A stretch of DNA of 64,000 nucleotides. Origin: Octopus sinensis (Eukaryota). Under the pieces are notes generated by a model. That model worked only from the letters and a program-made list of their open reading frames with translations. It made no database searches and was not told the origin of the DNA. A program made the position numbers and the translations under genes. Each line of letters opens with the position of its first letter. The stretch's first letter is position 1. The stretch covers positions 52,204,001 through 52,268,000 of the forward strand of contig NC_043003.1 in NCBI RefSeq assembly GCF_006345805.1, in the 5' to 3' direction. Positions 1 to 41,889 of the stretch are shown piece by piece.

Positions 1-270
1 CATACAAGGTTATATGTACGAGTATATAGTTAGGTATACATGCATATACATACATATATGTGTGTGTGTGTGTTTTTACGTATATATGCATGAATATATG
101 TACATATGTGTGTGTGTATATATGTGTGTGTATACATATATATATACACACACACACATACATACACATAAACATATACACCCACACCCACACATACACA
201 TATATACATACACAAACACACGCCGTCGTTATCTATGCTACGTCACCCACACTATCACCATGCATGTGAT
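1..270. repeat. Compound (TA)/(TG)/(CA) microsatellite
   Basis: Direct inspection. Confidence 0.9.
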
Positions 271-349
271 CATTGAATCTGTTGGAAATAGCAATCCAAT
301 CTCCCTCAATTCATACTTTTCAACCCTAAAAATAATGTAGCTGTAGATT

Positions 350-600
350 CATTACGCCGAAAAATAAGATGTGATTGCCATGGATGGAATACATTTGCTC
401 ATAGATCTGCTTGGTCAGAACCGAGGACGAAGTTGTACATCAACAACAACCTCCGCCAGAAAATTATATCTGGTTTCTTCATAACCAGCTATGTGGCTGT
501 TTCGACCTCGTAGAAATAGTAGTTAAATCTTCCTCAACCCACAGGGGTTTGTCTTAGTGAAAAGAAGAATACATTAAAGAATGTCTGAAGAGTGGACCCC
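350..600. mobile_element. Degenerate interspersed repeat, 'ctagaaatagcagccaaatct' family (other copies ~19376-19565, 44770-44950, 46960-47000, 49200-49390, 49670-49830, 50570-50760, 51360-51720)
   Basis: The same motifs recur at many positions in both orientations. Confidence 0.6.
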
Positions 601-1259
601 CGTATGCGGTTTAGTGTTCGACTCGACACTCTTCCGGTTGCTCCTGCAACCAAGCTGGTGCCAAACATAATGCTCTTCACTCCTTTGGACTACGTCAGCA
701 AAACCAAGAGAGGAATCCTGACGATTGGGCTACCCAGGATTGTCTTACATCTAGCCCAAGCCTGCGCAAAACTGGAGAGTAAAGTGAAGAGGACATGAAA
801 TGTAAAAACCATACTGGATCAGTTTATGCGCAACTCCATTGTCTCCCGAAACAAAACGATGCCAACAATGTATGTATGTATGTATGTATGTATGTATGTA
901 TGTATGTATGTATGTATGTATGTATGTACGTACGTACGTACGTATTTATATGTATCATTCAATAAAGAAGAATAACCAGACACTATAAAAAGGACTCGAT
1001 GCAGACGAATGGATTGAATCATATAATTTAGTTTAAAAAGTTAAATTCTACGCATGTAGAATAATTGGCTGGATCGAAATAACCAGGAAATCCAGAACTT
1101 GCTACTTGAAAAGATATATGCCTACCAGACACCTGTTTTGTTAAGAAAGCAGCCTTTTGTTGTGCGTACAGCAACCTCCGGTGCAAGTTTCGTGAGATTC
1201 AGAACGTGTGGTAGACCAGCCTTGCAATAAGAACTCAGTTTTGTACTAGTATTAGAAGG

Positions 1260-2690
1260 CTTTTATGAAGCTCGCGAAGCGCAGACAAACAAGCATCCTT
1301 TACAGACAAGACAACCATCCTGAACTAATGGTTGGAGCATTTCTAAGCCCTTCTCAGCACCAACCGTATGGTCCGTAATTCGGTATTTTACTGCATCTTG
1401 CTACAACCGGAGGAAACACCTGGACGAGATTCAAACCATCAACGGGACTGCCAAAGCTATAGAGCAGTTGAAAAGTTGTAAGATAGTAGGTTGATGAAAT
1501 TCCAGCTGACATTTGGAAGAATGAAATCTACATTGCATACTAAGCTTCATCAGTTCATTATCTGCTTCTGGGAATAAAATCAAACTACCACTAGATCTTT
1601 GTAATGTCGTCGTTATTTTACAAGATGCATGGGGCGAGGAGACAGATAGCTCCTACTACTGGAGTACAACACAGCTCTTCCTCGCAAGAAGAATCTTGTG
1701 TAACTTTGAAAAAGACTAGTATGTGTCATTGTGGATGAACACCTCCCAATGTGAATTCGAAGCCAACAAGAGCATCATTGACATAGCATTTGTTCTTAGT
1801 CAACTGCAAGAAAAATGCAGCGAACAGAATAAGAATCTGTTCGTGAAGTTTGCAGACCTTAGAAAAGGGTTCGACAGTGAACAGGAAGGGTTTGTGAATA
1901 ATTTTCGAACGACTAAGCCGTCCCTCCCCAATTCTTCAACGTGGTTCTTCAGCTATATGAGAATCAGCATGGACAAGTCAAATACAACAACAAAATCTCT
2001 AGCCCTTCGCAAAAGCAAACGATGTAAAGCTAAGCTGTATCCCCATGTCTGTTCGCTTCAGCATCTTCTTCAGTGTGATACTCGCGAGGACCACGGAAGA
2101 CCTCAATGAACAGGATGGTTTTCTATTCAATATTGCACCAACGACAACTACCTCAACTTGAGTCGACAACAATTCCACATCAAGACATTGGAAATATTCA
2201 CTCAAGAAGTACTACACTTGTTCCCCACAAGAATCAGTGCATAAAATCCTACTTCATAGAAGTTATTGAGCTCTTCGGGGTTGAAACCAGGTTAAAGAAG
2301 TCCAAAGTTCTTCACCAATCACACCGTCAGAAGATTACCGCCCTCTCTGCATCACCATCGCCAGACAAAACTAAGACAGTCCACAATTTTAACAACCTGA
2401 GGTACATAGTTTCGTCAGAGCCAAGGTCGGCAAAGGGGCTAACAATAAGCTGGCATAAGTAAAAATAGTGTTTGGCAGATTTTGGAAAAGTCTGAGCATG
2501 ATACATTCCAGAAGAGAGTTTCATCGCCTGCATAAGATTGTGCTGTATGGTGAAGTGTCCACTAGCTGTCACAACGTCAATGAGGGTTACTAAAGAAACA
2601 GCAGAAAGATACTCTGGAGAAATCCTTCGTGTATGTCACGATGAATATCCTCAAGTGTCTACTATAGCCTATAATCACAATGGCTCATGA
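1260..2690 (+). mobile_element. Degenerate RTE-clade LINE ORF2 remnant
   Basis: EIPADIWK and KSIIDIAFVLSQLQEKCSEQNKNLFVKFADLRKGFDS match RTE RT motifs; frameshifts and stops present. Confidence 0.75.
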
Positions 2691-3444
2691 TATACAATTT
2701 ATCAGTGTCTCTTCTTCAGGAACACTCTCAGGGCTGATCTTGAGAGAAACAAAAGTGACTGAGAAAGAACTGTAAATAGTAACTCCGAGTCCAGAATACT
2801 CTTTTCCAGCTGCTGTGGCCTAGCCTGCCTGTGTCAGGTATTGTCCTGTCAGCCACCCGTGAGCCTGCAATCTTACATGGACAGCTCTGTTCATAGATCT
2901 TTGTTCGTGAAACCAAGGCTTGTCATCCGTTTATCTCCTGCAGTAAGACAATTCGTCGCCAGATCAATTTGTTGTCAGTATCCAACTCAGAATGCCACCA
3001 AGTTGTTTTATATTTTACTCTGGTCTCAGTATGCATTGTTTGTTTTAGTTTCGCTTCAAATTTCACTCTTGAGAGGGGCAATTGTTTCTTGGCTCGAAGA
3101 ATCGAGTAATAGACGAATCGTTGTCGCGAGAGGTTTCCAGGGTGTTTGGGTTGGTTTTGTTTAAACACTGCAAACCAGTTTAACATTAATTTTATTCAAG
3201 AAGTCAATCCATCACCCATAAACACTTCGTTTCGAAGGCGAGATAAGTATATTGCACTGATGAGCCGGTGTCAGTCTCGTTCGCTTCTCCGTTTCGTTTC
3301 GTCTGGCTTTGAAGTACACAGTGTTTTATAACACTATACGTCCTTAAAGAAACTTCCTTCAGACGAAATACCACAGCAAGAATTTAGCAACACACAAACA
3401 TTAAGTATCTAATATTGGTAATGTTTATAACTAACCATCTATCA

Positions 3445-3548
<104 letters not shown>

Positions 3549-3836
3549 ACGTTGTGTGTATGTGTGTGTGTATATATATATATGTGTGTATGTGTGTGAT
3601 GACGCGTGGATTAGTAATTAGGGTGTTGCATTCATGATGTAAAATTGTAGTTTCTTTTCCTGGACCGGATGATGTGTTGTATTCTTGAACAAAGTACGTC
3701 ATTTCACGTTGCATCAGCAGGCATAAATGAGTAATCCTGCCACGGACCAGCCCCTTGTCCAAAGGGAGAATATTGACAGAAACCGAGAAACCGACCTCGT
3801 GAGCCAATGACTCGGAAAGGACCTTTGATCCTTATG

Positions 3837-3867
<31 letters not shown>

Positions 3868-6800
3868 TGTGTGTATGTGTGTGTGTATACATAATACATA
3901 ATCATATATACAGCAGCTGTCATTTAATTTGCTTATCCGCATAACTGCTTATATATATATACACATATATATCGAGAGAGAGAGAGAGAGAAACATAGAT
4001 AGATTGATTGATTGATTGACAGGTAGATAGATAAACAGGCAGAAGGCAGATAGATAGATAGATAGATAGATAGCCATGCTAACGCAGAGTGGAAAAGTAA
4101 TGTCGTTGGCAGAGATGTCTTGATAAATGCCCGGTTAGATAGAGTTGCAAGATTTTTTTAAAGGTAAGGAGAAAACCCAAATGCTGACAGAAGATATGTC
4201 TATCAATGTGCATATTTTATTTCTTTGACTCGCTTCTATGAATTATATTCCTCCACTGAATCAAAATATTTTATCTGCATGAGTAAAGTAGCGCCCATAA
4301 TCTTTCCATACCCACTTAGACCAGGGCATGTCTCGTCTTCAATTATAATTCCATTCACATCTAGGGAGTTTGTTGGAATATTAAAATGTTCTGTTTTATG
4401 GATTTGAAATGTAGAAAGGCAAAGTCGACCATGGCAGAATTTTGACTCAAAATGTAAAGGATTGTAATTAAATACTGCCGTTCCTTCACCGCTCTGACAT
4501 TTCCGAAAATCCATCACTTATTGTCCATTGTACAATAGACATGGGAAGTTCAGGAGACATTGACTAAAAATATTTGATGTGAAGAAAGGCTTTCCTGTGG
4601 AAAGATATATATATACGTTGAATTGTAGAATCCGTAGAAATGACCTGTTAGGATGTATGTAACGATAGTATTTTAGTGCTTTTAAATATGATATTTTTCA
4701 ATTATGAGAAGAAATTTAAGCTTTGGTCAATTACATTATTTTGTTTGCGCGCGCGTATGTGTGTGTGTAAGCCGCATTAACTAACAATTCATTTTTTAAA
4801 AAGTTAGAATTATCTCCCTTACTTAGTGAATAAATGGCTTTTATTTAGAGTTGTATCCCTTGCATAATTTTTAACTTGATTGTCTCCCTTGAATCTTTTC
4901 GCTTTTATTTTTTATTTATTTATACACATAAATTTGACATGGGCGATTCTTTCCTGTCTTGGGATTCACGGTCAAACGGCTGGGTGGAATTGCGCGAAAA
5001 ATTACACAGATGTATAGAATGATCCGGTGGTGATGATGGACTTTGTATTTTTTCATAGCTTCCATGCTTACCGAGATAATCTATTATAATAATACTCTTG
5101 TGTTTATGAACGAGGAAGGGGTAATAGATGAATAAGGAAGGAAGGGAAGATGTCATTTTTTTCACCGAGATAATCTACTATTGTGTTTATGAATGAGAAA
5201 GGAAGGTGATTGATGAATAAGGAAAGAAGTGGTGAGCGTTTCAAATCCGTGTGAATATGTGTGTGTGTATGTAAAAGAGTGCATGTGAATGTGTGTGCGC
5301 GAGCGCAATGGAAGTGGGGTTTTTTTATCAGTTATTTTTAGCGTTTTGACAGAAAAAAAGTCATTCTAAAATTGTTAACGTAAACGTACCCAAACAAATC
5401 GAATGCTTACACAGAACAGGTTTTACAGCCACATCATCCAAACCGACCGGGTTTAGTTACTAATATATATATATATAGAATTCTACCGTTTTGTTTGATG
5501 GGACATTATATGTCAAAAATATTTCATTCTTATTTGATATCTGTGAAAGATCAAAATTAACACTTTCTTGCGTTAATTACAAACCTATGAAATTTAATGA
5601 TGCTTTTATCGTTTTAGAAGACATTTTGTGCTATACTTGTTCTAGACCTCATACAGGATTATTTCTCCTCATAAATCTGGAACACCATGAGTGACCCTCT
5701 ACTCATTGATATCTTTTTTTTTGCTACAAGTCTTCAATGGTGTAAATCCTTTTAGTAGAAGACTTAATTGTTCAAGTCTTTACAACTCCTCTACGGAGAC
5801 ATTTGCAACATCTAGTAGCTTTCAGCCATTCTTGTTTTCTCAAAGTCCTTACCATTTTTTTTCCAGTGCCGCCTTATTATTTCTTCTTTATTATTTATTT
5901 ATAATTTATTATTATTTATTTTAAGCTAGATGCTACAGCATCTAGCTCAAATTTAATGTTATAAGGGTGGCTCTTTTTATTTTTCAGCCATAGGTTTGAA
6001 CTATACGAATTTTACGGAGTGGGAGCGCTAAGCAGTGATAAGTGAAATTGCAATGTTATCAACCCGAATATGCTTGCTGAACGTTTGAACCGAGGAACAA
6101 GCGATTCACTGTTTTGTCATGGTATATCTGACTTGTTGACAAATGGTGTGTACACACCTCATTTGTATACACACCATTTATCAACAAGCGAGATATGTTC
6201 TCCGTAACAAAACGCAGTGAGTAGCTTGTGCCCCAGTTTGAACATGCATCAAGCATGCTCGAACTGATAACATTGCAATATAAGGAATTTATCATAAATA
6301 ACTTTATGGGAACGCTGTGTCTCCACTTAATCTTGTTTCAAGCCAACTTTATCGTCGGTCTATTTTGTTTAAGAAAATTATTCCACAGGATGAGGATTTA
6401 GTATTTCTGGCTTTGATGTGTGTCGCTGCAATCAGCCACGAAGGTGTTTTGCTTATATATATATGTTACAAACCTAAGGAATATATTGGGTTTAGGTTAT
6501 GTATGCTGGGAAAGGAGGCACAGTAATATGTGATCTCACGTAACTGCCAATGAACCGTTAGCACATTTTCGATGATTTGTTCTTTCAAGGTGTGATAATT
6601 TGGTTCGTTACCAACTTTTTTTTTTTTTTTTCATTGTGCCAGAGAGACTTACTCTTTCTCCGACTCTCTAGCCAACAAAGCTCAGTCTTCCATCTGTAAT
6701 ACAACTGTATATGACGCAGGGCAATCTTTGTGTGTGTATGGCACTCTGTCGGTGATTACGACCAGGGTCCCAGTTGATCCGATCAACAAAACAGCCTGCT

Positions 6801-7659
6801 TGCGAAATTAAGACTCAAGTGGCTGAATATATACATACACACACATCGCAAAAGTAAAAAAAGCGCATGTTCTACACGGCAAATACGGTAAGCTCCAAAT
6901 TCAAAATAAGTACTGGATCAATTTGACAAAACCTTTTAATATAGCACCACAATATATCTGGAATCTAATGGGTTAAACGAATAATATACACATGCAACAG
7001 AATACATAATATATCCACACAATATATACGTAATTTTACCCGGTATACGCAACTGAGGCAGTATTTAATTAAAATAGCTATCTATATATTATACTTAATG
7101 TACACACATTGTCGATAGACCAGTTACAACAATATTTGTCCAGAGAAAACCTTTGAGACTTGCTGTGTAAAAAAACACAATACATATAAGAAAAGGAGAC
7201 AAATTTCGCCCCAGCAGCATTTCAATCTAGGACATTTTCAATGGCCGAAATGCTTCTAGTGTTCTCACGGAGACGAATTTTGATCTCTCTCTATTTGTGT
7301 TTACACAGCACCTCCATAAGAGACGTTTTTTTCTGTAGACAAATATAGCAGTAACTGGTTACATATACCGTTGATAGTATATATAGATGCTATATAATTT
7401 ATGTTCATTTTTCCAGTATATTTTCACACTACTCGTTTCAGTCTCTTATCTACTTGAGGCTTAATATTCTAAATATCAACACTCACCGTTTTTACTTCAT
7501 ATCTCCCTGAGACTACTTCCCGTTTGGATTGCTTAACACTTTCAGCTTTCATTCTTCATATATATATATGCTTATGACTGTTACAATCTAAAACCAATTC
7601 CTCTTTCCCTTTATGTTATGTCTTTCATTCTAGCACTATTCGAGCATGATTATTACCGG

Positions 7660-7996
7660 CGTCACATTACTGGCACTTGTGCCGGTGGCACGTGAAAAAA
7701 AACATTCGAGCGAAGTCGTTGCCAGTGCTGCTGGACTGACTCCTGTGCAGTTGGTACGTAAAAAGCCACCATTTGAGCGTGGCCGTTGCCAGTACCGCCT
7801 CACTGGTCCTCGTACCAGTGGCACGTAAAACCACTCACTACACTCTTAGAGTGGTTGGCGTTAGGAAGGGCATCCAGCTGTAGAAACTCTGCCAGATCAG
7901 ATTGGAGCCTGGTGCAGCCATCTGGTTCGCCAGTCCTCAGTCAAATCGTCCAACCCATGCTAGCATGGAAAGCGGACGTTAAACGATGATGATGAT
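7660..7996 (+). mobile_element. Short RTE 3'-end repeat with internal ~60-nt 'ggcacgtaaaaagcacc' units and (GAT)n tail
   Basis: Homologous to the 3' UTR of the RTE copies at 53747-55345 and 57950-59094. Confidence 0.85.
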
Positions 7997-9017
7997 TAGT
8001 TATCCCAAGTCACTCGTGGGGAAATGTAGTGAACCAGTAAAATTGTTACAGCGAGCAAAACCCATGAAAACTCCACAAGTTATTCAATTAAAACCGTTCC
8101 TTCTAAAAATATGCATTAAGGCAATCAAACGGGTTCAATATTTTCTTCATTAACTGAAAATATACAGGGATGTAACTAATGAAAACATTTCATTAATAAT
8201 TTTTTAAAGTATTATTTATTGATATTTCCTTTTACTAATTATAGTAAATATGATACTCAATTTCATTTGCTTGTATTCTCTGGCCTGCATATTTTATTTA
8301 TTGTATTTACTTGTGTATAAGTTGCTATCCTAATTTAGAGTTATCTTGGTAGGAAAATATTTTCTCGTCATAGTTTTAGCTTTGCTCCAGGTACAAAGTT
8401 ACCTCCCACTCTTTTCAGTTAGAATCAAGTATAAAATAATGCAACTTATAAGGGAAATGAATTAATATCATTCCTCTTAAATAATATAAAAATTCTAAGT
8501 AAAAGTATCTAGAGTATGACACAAGAGATAGGTAGAAAGAGAAAATACAATTCTATTTATAGATGATCAAAACTGGTAGAATTGTTGGAGTGATAGAATA
8601 TGATTTGTGGTATTTATTTGGGTTTATTTATATTCAGAGTTCAAATCCAGCTGAAGTCAAAAAATATTTTATTTTTGTAAGAAAATTTTTTCAAATCAAG
8701 TTTCTGCAATATGACACAAAATGTAGGTCAGTAAGTAGTACTATTGTATTTTTAGATGATGAATATAATTGACTTACGTTCACAATCTAAACAGCATTCA
8801 AAAATTTCATCTGAAATTTCTTACAGGATAGCAACAAACAATCCAAAACAACAGCAATTAAATCAAAAGAAATAATTAAAAACAGATGTAAACATGAAAT
8901 CACTGAGGGTGGGGGAAACCAAAAAAAAAATACCAAACACAGACAAAACCTTTTCATCATTAAAAATACAAAGTGAACAACATACTCTAATTTTTTTTTT
9001 CTTTTTTAAATAGGTAT

Positions 9018-9023
9018 TTTATT
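9018..9023 (-). promoter_or_regulatory. Candidate VCP polyadenylation signal AATAAA
   Basis: AATAAA on the minus strand about 630 nt after the stop, in an AU-rich 3' UTR. Other candidate hexamers exist nearer 8.2 kb. Confidence 0.35.
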
Positions 9024-9652
9024 ATAGCAATAACATTCGATTTAAACATCTCAGTGCTTTGAACCGTCTTTTGTCATATACCTTTGTCATTTTAGCCTTG
9101 TTGTCTGAATAAAATTGTCCATGTCTTGTCCATTTTTAAATTATGTTTTCTGTAATATTTAGTTCACATTTTTGGTTTGTTTTTTTTCTAAATTTTTTTC
9201 AGTGGCAGGGAGAGGAGAAAGTAGGTAGGCATTTATAAATTTTTCTCTTTACGAATAGGTGTTTTCTTGGAATATAAGATCTCCTCCCATTTATCAATAA
9301 AATGAGAGGGAAATGAGAAAATTTTCAAGTAAAAACTTCAATGGGAAACATGTAAAAAATAAAGAAAAAAAAAGTATGAAAATTTGGATATTAGAGACAT
9401 TTTGTTTTTTGTTTTTTTGTTTTTTTTTCCACTTTTAACTATGCAATTCTGAAATGGCCATGAAGTAACATACTTGAATAGCTCTACATTTTAACTGATA
9501 AGTGAAATGGCAAATTATTGAGAGAAGGGAATGTGAAACTAACAAATTCAACAGCAGACATGTTGAAAGTGGTTGACAGAGGAGGAAAAAAAAAATTTTT
9601 TTTTGTTTATAAATTGTTTGGGGTGATAAAAGACTTTGCTGGAAGTAACAAT

Positions 9653-37547
<27,895 letters not shown>

Positions 37548-38983
37548 TCAACAATTAACAATAAAATATTTTTTTGTTTATATTTAATAGTAGTTGGAAG
37601 ATCCCGTTGGGCATTTACTATAAACACTGAATATGGAAACTTTTTATGCAATGTTAGATACTAATCAGCCAATACAGTATTCAAATTATTAAAAAAATGA
37701 AGGACAAATGTTAAATTTTACATCTCAAGACATATCCACTGTAAAGATAGGAGCAGATCAATAACAAATGAAAGTTAAGTGATTCAAAGTTATAAAAAGC
37801 TTGTAATTTTTTAAATTTCTAAAAATTCTCTTTGCAATTATTTTTTTTTTTTCCTCATGACCATTTAATATTGAGAAACCTCTCCAACATATCACATTTT
37901 TCCTTGAGACATTGTATGGAACATGTGTAAGACACAATGCTGCAGGATAGTGAGGGGGCATTGAATATGGAATATGTTGGGTTGGAAATATACAAGTCAT
38001 TTGAGCACTACAGACATTAGTTGAATTATGCAGAGAGCTGACTACACTAGTTGAGACAACACGTAGTGATGAATATTTATGAAGAAAGACCTAGGAAGAT
38101 GAGATGACACACAAGTGTCACAAAAGTTGCCCAAACCACATAAGCATGATAAAAAAAAAAGTATGAGAAGCAAACAAGTTACAGAGAATTATAAACAATC
38201 CTCATAATATAAAAAGTAATGACTAGAGAAAGGATAATATTGTGGTAACATGAATTAGATACCCAAATGACCAATAAAATCAGGGCAGATAGAAAAGCTC
38301 ACATTGGAAGATCATTTATTTCACAAAATCACAACTTTTATATCAGCATTATGGATTGATTGAGATATGTGAAGTTGGAATCATTACTTAAAAATCACAA
38401 AACATTAAAAACAATATCACTTTCAATTTTATGTGGTGGCTGGTATGAAAAACTTAGATGATATAAGTCGAGAATCACCTTCAAAATTCAGTTTACATGT
38501 TAATATGGGAAAGTACAATAAGACGGTTTGTATCTAATAATTCATAGTCCTTAAACTTGTTTAACCCTTTAATATTGTCTTTCTAAAAATAAACAATCAC
38601 TTCATTGAAATCTCAAAGCTACAAGATAATGCATGAGTAATTCAAAGCAATGTGAATAAAGAGTACATTAGACAGATTTATCTGAATGATAAAGGGCTAA
38701 AGCACTTCTTTGGAAACAGAGTAAGTTTTCACAATGGTTGTCCACTCCTAGTGACTCATTCATAAACAGTTTAACTTAAGACTCATTTTTTTTTAATATA
38801 GTATTCTATAAAACCAGAGATGATGTAACAATGACTCAGCAAATATGTTGATAAAATAAGCACCTAATTTTAAAATAATTACTGGTCAACATGCAGAAAA
38901 AAAAATCCTAGAAGGCAATGTACCAATAATTGATAAAAGACTCAACATATATACAGAATATATACATAAAAGATAATATATCT

Positions 38984-39290
38984 TTTACTTGTTTGAGCCA
39001 TTGGACTGCAGCCATGCTGGGGCACCACCTTGAAGGATTTAGTTGAACAAATTGACCCCAGTATTTTTAAGTCTGGTGCTCATTCTATCATTCTCTTTTT
39101 ACCAAATTATGGGAACATAAACACTGATTGGAAAGTGGTGGGGTAAAGTGACAAATACAAACATACACACAAAGACGAGCTTCTTTCAGTTTCTGTCAAA
39201 CAAATCTACCCACAAAGGCTTTGGTTGGCCCAGACCTTCAGCAGAGAACATTTGCCCTAAGTGTCAGTGGGATTGAACCCAGAACTATAA
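38984..39290 (-). mobile_element. tRNA-derived SINE with CR1-like tail, degenerate (another copy ~40735-40990, +)
   Basis: Colinear with 10801-11210. Confidence 0.75.
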
Positions 39291-40551
39291 AATATTTATC
39301 GGTTTAACAAATAACATAAATATAAATATTGTTTATCTGATTTTCTTCTATAATTTAACAGTCAATTGTCTTATGAATCAATAAAATTTTATGGCATTAT
39401 AAAGTAGGTAGGCAAATATCATGTGAGTAAATAACTCAAAGAAATTCTTACTAAAATTCTCACAACTTGCACCCCATATTATAAAGCAGGTCAACCTCAA
39501 ATTTCACTGCCTTAAAATGTCTCCGGAATAATATTTCTTCATGCTCCAGAAACAGGTTTTCAACTTGTTTTTCCCTAGTTTCAGAAATTACAATTTTACA
39601 TGCTCTGCAGATTAACTACCTGGACATATTTTTTCAAATCAATTCTTATAACATTACATAACACCATAAAGACTTTTGCTACATTAATGGAAGATGCATT
39701 AAAAGTACTACACTGAGAATGAAACCTGAAATTTCATGGTTGCAAAGTAAACTTCTAAATCAAAAGAAAAAACAAAAATTCTAGCCTGGTAAGAAAAAAT
39801 ATCAGAACTAATACATCAGAAAAATTGGCTCCTTGATTGTGCTTTACCCTGAGCAATGTCTTAATCCCCCTCCAAATCTGTTTACTATAGTTAATATTAA
39901 TACTATAAACAAAACAATTAGTTCAAATATTAAAAATATAGGGTGATTCAACTGTCCCTTTAACATCTAACTATATAAAAGTTTTATTATTTTGTTAGAA
40001 TTTTTCTTTTATATATTTCTAATACTATTTTTGCTATTTTATTGCATCTTTCAACATATACACACACACACACACACTATGTGTGCATGCACAGGCATGA
40101 CTGCATGGTAAGAAATTTCAATATTCTGTGAGAACATGTTCGGTTATAGGGAAATATTATCTTGCTTGGAAACAGGTATGGATTGGTGACAAGGGCATCT
40201 GGTTGTAGAAAATCTGCCCCAATAAACTCTGTCCAACCTATATGTAAGCATGGGAAAGTGAACATTAAAATGATGACACAAGCACACTAAACAGTGGAGA
40301 TTAAAATAAAGCTGTGTACATTTATATTTAATACAATCATGTATACTTAGACATGAAAAGACAATGCAGTATGTGTAATTGTCAATTCCCTGAGAGAGAA
40401 ACTATAATGCCTTTGAGACAATTACTACTACAGCAAACATCTTTCAACATTTGAATGTACAACAGCATGTTAAACACAGAAGTTCACAGCTTTTTGTTTA
40501 TAAATACACACATGCACGCACACACACACACACACATGTATCCATCTCAAA

Positions 40552-40720
40552 GATGGCAAACTTGCAAAATCATTAGCACACTGGACAAAATGCTTTGCAG
40601 TTTTCCTTCTAACTTTATGTTCTGATTTCAAATTCTCCTGATGTTGATTTTGTTTTTCATCCTTTCAAGGTCAATAAAACAGAGAACTAGAGTCAATGTA
40701 ACTGACTAACCCCTGTTCCA
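40552..40720 (+). mobile_element. Second tRNA-like SINE family (other copies ~4400-4510, 32040-32230, 59420-59545)
   Basis: 'gcaaaatcattagcacactggacaaaatgc...ttcaaattc...tttcatcctttc' shared among copies. Confidence 0.6.
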
Positions 40721-40992
40721 AGGATTATTATTATCAGGTGCAGGCATGGCTGTGTACCAAGAAGTTTATTTACTTCCCAACTATATGGTTCTGGGTTCAG
40801 TCTGGGTGGCACCTCAGGGAAAGTCTCTTCTATCATAATCTGGGCCCAACCAAAGCCTTGTGAGTGCATTAGGTAGACAATAATTGAAGGAAGCCTGTTG
40901 TGTTTGTCACTGCTTGACAACTGGTGTTGGTCTTTTTACATGCTGTAACTTAGAGGTTCAAAGAAACCAATAGAATAAGTACCAGATTTTAA

Positions 40993-41211
40993 CCCTTTAG
41001 TATTTAAACCAGCCATATCAGGCTCAAAGTAATCTACCTATTCTATGTTCAAACTGATCAGATCCAGCCACTCACACCTACCTCATATTGTTATTGTAAA
41101 AATAGACAATCACGCTGTTGAAACCTTAAAGCTATGGGATAATGCACGATTAATTCAAAACAATGTGAATATATAAGCATTACATTTGACATAGTAATCT
41201 GAATGTTAAAG
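40993..41211 (+). mobile_element. TTAA-flanked 'ccctttagcatt' MITE family (other copies ~33540-33716, 38560-38700, 44956-45140)
   Basis: ttaaccctttagtatt ... gaatgttaaag ends; internal sequence shared among copies. Confidence 0.7.
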
Positions 41212-41889
41212 AAACTAGATTGGATTTGTTTGAGTAAACCCTTCAAGGCATTGTCTCAGCATGGCTGTTCAATTACCAAGGAAGGGTGGTGGTTCTGGGT
41301 GGGTAGGAAACATAAACAGGCTAGCTATCTTGAAATCCCTGGGTTGTAGCAGTCAATGGGATGGGAGGTAAATACTATAAGGGAGATTTAAGGGAGTGAT
41401 ATAAAGAGAGGGAGATATGACATACATTAAGAAGTTCTGACCTAGATTATTAGTTATATTAATACTAAAAGGACTTTTGAATCATCATGTATAACAGAGT
41501 TTTAGAAGGCATTAAAGATTTAGATAAGTAACACTCCTTTCAATTCATAAAATGGAATCTACAAGATATATTATTTAATATATCTGTTAAACTGGTTTTT
41601 TAACTAAGGGGTTGACAACTTGACTGCAATTCCTAAATATGTTAATCCAATGAATCAAAGTTAACTAAAAGATTATATCTTATCACAATTCACTTATGCA
41701 CATGTTAGCCACCATAGTCACTATTTCAATTTGATGAAAATGGATTGCGAAAGTAATGCTTCAAAGTAAATCACAACTGGTGTAACTTGAATTCATATTA
41801 TGTTTATTCATTAGAGATATTCTCATATATGGAAAACCAGTTGCAAAAATTGTTTATTATCCTCATTTCTATGCTTGCTTGTGTTGAAT

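Noticed and set aside
2923-3186. 87-aa ORF as a real gene or transposon protein
   Set aside because: No motif I can recognise and no convincing splice structure.
5700-5855. Possible THAP/MADF-like exon (RKQEWLKATRCCKC) on the minus strand
   Set aside because: Short, ends in a stop, lacks the conserved Cys/Pro/His pattern, and has no partner exons.
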